Positions 55,562-57,237 of a DNA stretch of 57,237 bases are shown here, piece by piece. Each line of letters starts with the position of its first letter. Positions within the stretch are counted from its first letter, which is position 1. Source of the DNA: Candidatus Hadarchaeota archaeon (lineage in GTDB: Archaea; CAYQAE01; CAYVLA01); contig CAZUNO010000005.1 of assembly GCA_964621445.1 (NCBI GenBank), positions 1-57,237 on the forward strand, written 5' to 3'. Position numbers and translations under genes: made by a program. The notes under the pieces are model-generated. The model did not search any database and was not told the origin of the DNA. It saw only the letters and a program-made list of their open reading frames with translations.

Positions 55562-57237
55562 ATGAAAAACAGATCCTCTTTATTGGCACTATTTGTAGCA
55601 TGCTTTTTTCTGACAGGCATTTTTCCACCAGCGTTGATAAAATCAGGTGATGCACTTAGCTCACCCTCCCAGATTTCCGCTTGGGACGTCGCTCCTGGCG
55701 GCAACCCAACCGTCCTCTTGGGCAGAAGCGAGATCGATTTCCGTCTTCTCCCCCGGGCAACCAAGATATTCGCGGGCTATTATATTTACAACACCGATAC
55801 TCAGACCGAGGTCCTCCGAGACGACGACAGACAGAACTGGATTTCGGATAGAAGGTATGGTTCCATAGCTCTAGATGTTACAGGGGATTCGGATGTGGAG
55901 CTGATCACCGTCACGCCTGCAAATACTCTAAAGTGCCTAGCAAGAGATGGCTCCGATGTCTGGAACCACCCAGATGCAAACGGATATGGCACCTATGATC
56001 AGCTCGGGTGCCCTGCCCTCTATGACCTTGACAGGGACGGGAACTATGAGGTAATTCTCGGTCACTACGACCACAGTGGGGGAAGCGACCAACTTCTGGT
56101 CCTCAATGCCGAGGACGGCTCGACCAATTTCACCGTATCCATTGGAGGCAAACCAATGGCAGCTCCGGTGGTTGGAGATGTGGATGATGATGGTGAACCT
56201 GAGATCATAATTGTAGGCCAGACAAACAAGAGGGTATATTCGATAAGCCCACGTGCAAACGGGACCATCGAATGGGAGTCCACTTTGCCGGATACCGTAT
56301 ATTGGGCATCGCCTATAATGGGTGATTTTGACGCAGATGGACTCACCGAAGTAGTAATTGCCACGGATCAAGGAAGGGTTTGCTATCTATCAGGACAGGA
56401 CGGGTCCCTCAAGAGAAGGGTAGATATAGATCCCCAGGTTCAGGCCTCACCGGTCGCGGCGGATATAGATGACGATGGATATCTAGAGGTCATCGTGGCC
56501 GGCGTCGGATCCTCAGTGCATGCCATCCATCATGATGGAACCCAGACCGTATGGCCCAGCGATCCCTCCGGAACAAATAGGATCTCCACCCCTGCAATAG
56601 CCGATACTAACGGCGATGGGGTGCCTGAGGTTGTATTGGTGGATTCCCACATAAGGGTCTTCGATTACACAGGTGAGATATACTCGCGTTCTCCGGGCTC
56701 CAGCTGGATCGATAACGGGAACTCGCCGGTGATATTCGACTCAAATAACAATGGGTTGCTTGATATCGTCTACTTTATGTACCATGAGACAGACCATAAT
56801 TCTAGACTATACCGCGTGTCAACCACGACTTCCTCTTCCCAGACCGGTTGGAAGACCTTCAAGAACGACTTTAGACGTTCAGGCATTTACGGCTCTGATA
56901 TGTATGGGGATGACCCGGATATAGTAGTCAGTAATCACAACTGGACCTATGGTAACATCTCCAAGGGAAGCACCGCTTACAAAGACTTCAAGATAACCAA
57001 CGTTGGTACCGAGGCGCTTACAGGTACCTGGAGCACCCAGGGCAAGATAGACCTGAATGGAAACTCTTCCATCTCCATACCCGAGGGTTCGTCGAGAGGC
57101 TTCCGAGCTACTTTTGACACCTCGGAGAAGGGCAACTTCACGGCCAACATCATCATTGAGACCAATGATCCTGATGAGCCCAAGCTTAATCTGGTTGCCA
57201 CCGCAAACGTAACCCAGCCAGAACAGGACCTCATGGT
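55562..57237 (+). CDS. Secreted FG-GAP/VCBS-repeat beta-propeller protein with a downstream Ig-like domain (runs off the window; absent from the ORF track)
   Basis: Hand translation: signal MKNRSSLLALFVACFFLTGIF; loops DLDRDGNYE, DVDDDGEPE, DFDADGLTE, DIDDDGYLE, DTNGDGVPE, DSNNNGLLD; then FKITNVGTEAL...IIETNDPDEP. Confidence 0.88.
   Translation, partial: MKNRSSLLALFVACFFLTGIFPPALIKSGDALSSPSQISAWDVAPGGNPTVLLGRSEIDFRLLPRATKIFAGYYIYNTDTQTEVLRDDDRQNWISDRRYGSIALDVTGDSDVELITVTPANTLKCLARDGSDVWNHPDANGYGTYDQLGCPALYDLDRDGNYEVILGHYDHSGGSDQLLVLNAEDGSTNFTVSIGGKPMAAPVVGDVDDDGEPEIIIVGQTNKRVYSISPRANGTIEWESTLPDTVYWASPIMGDFDADGLTEVVIATDQGRVCYLSGQDGSLKRRVDIDPQVQASPVAADIDDDGYLEVIVAGVGSSVHAIHHDGTQTVWPSDPSGTNRISTPAIADTNGDGVPEVVLVDSHIRVFDYTGEIYSRSPGSSWIDNGNSPVIFDSNNNGLLDIVYFMYHETDHNSRLYRVSTTTSSSQTGWKTFKNDFRRSGIYGSDMYGDDPDIVVSNHNWTYGNISKGSTAYKDFKITNVGTEALTGTWSTQGKIDLNGNSSISIPEGSSRGFRATFDTSEKGNFTANIIIETNDPDEPKLNLVATANVTQPEQDLM

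Noticed and set aside
1-57237. CRISPR arrays, IS elements, proviruses and rRNA genes
   Set aside because: No regularly spaced direct repeats, transposase, integrase or capsid motifs, or rRNA-like stretches were seen by eye; very short elements could have been missed

Overview
A 57-kb, GC-rich, gene-dense archaeal chromosome segment. It looks euryarchaeote-like (GGAGGTGA-type Shine-Dalgarno sites, BRE/TATA promoters, archaeal information-processing genes), but the lineage cannot be fixed from sequence alone. In order it holds: (1) a type IV pilus/secretion-type ATPase operon with a 2020-aa membrane-anchored Ig-repeat protein, next to MinD, GvpD-like, Lrp and KaiC-like genes; (2) a divergent sugar-catabolism locus with an FGGY kinase, three class I aldolase paralogs (one fused to a 4x[4Fe-4S] domain, one lacking the Schiff-base Lys) and an AOR-family oxidoreductase; (3) the conserved PCNA-GINS-L44e-S27e-aIF2alpha-Nop10-PAC2 cluster, ferredoxin-GGR, rpiA, citG-like and pyrG; (4) a MacB/LolCDE-type ABC operon whose ATPase and a neighbouring membrane zinc-finger protein share a 70-aa CDC48-domain-2-like module; (5) housekeeping genes (dapB, coaD, thi4, nep1, rnp4, nac, pheST), an endonuclease V homolog with lost catalytic residues, and a tRNA-Gly(GCC) with two BHB introns; (6) a probable S-layer protein with a long coiled-coil stalk and a truncated FG-GAP surface protein. 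No CRISPR array, rRNA, integrase or transposase was seen. All family calls come from motif recognition by eye, not database searches.
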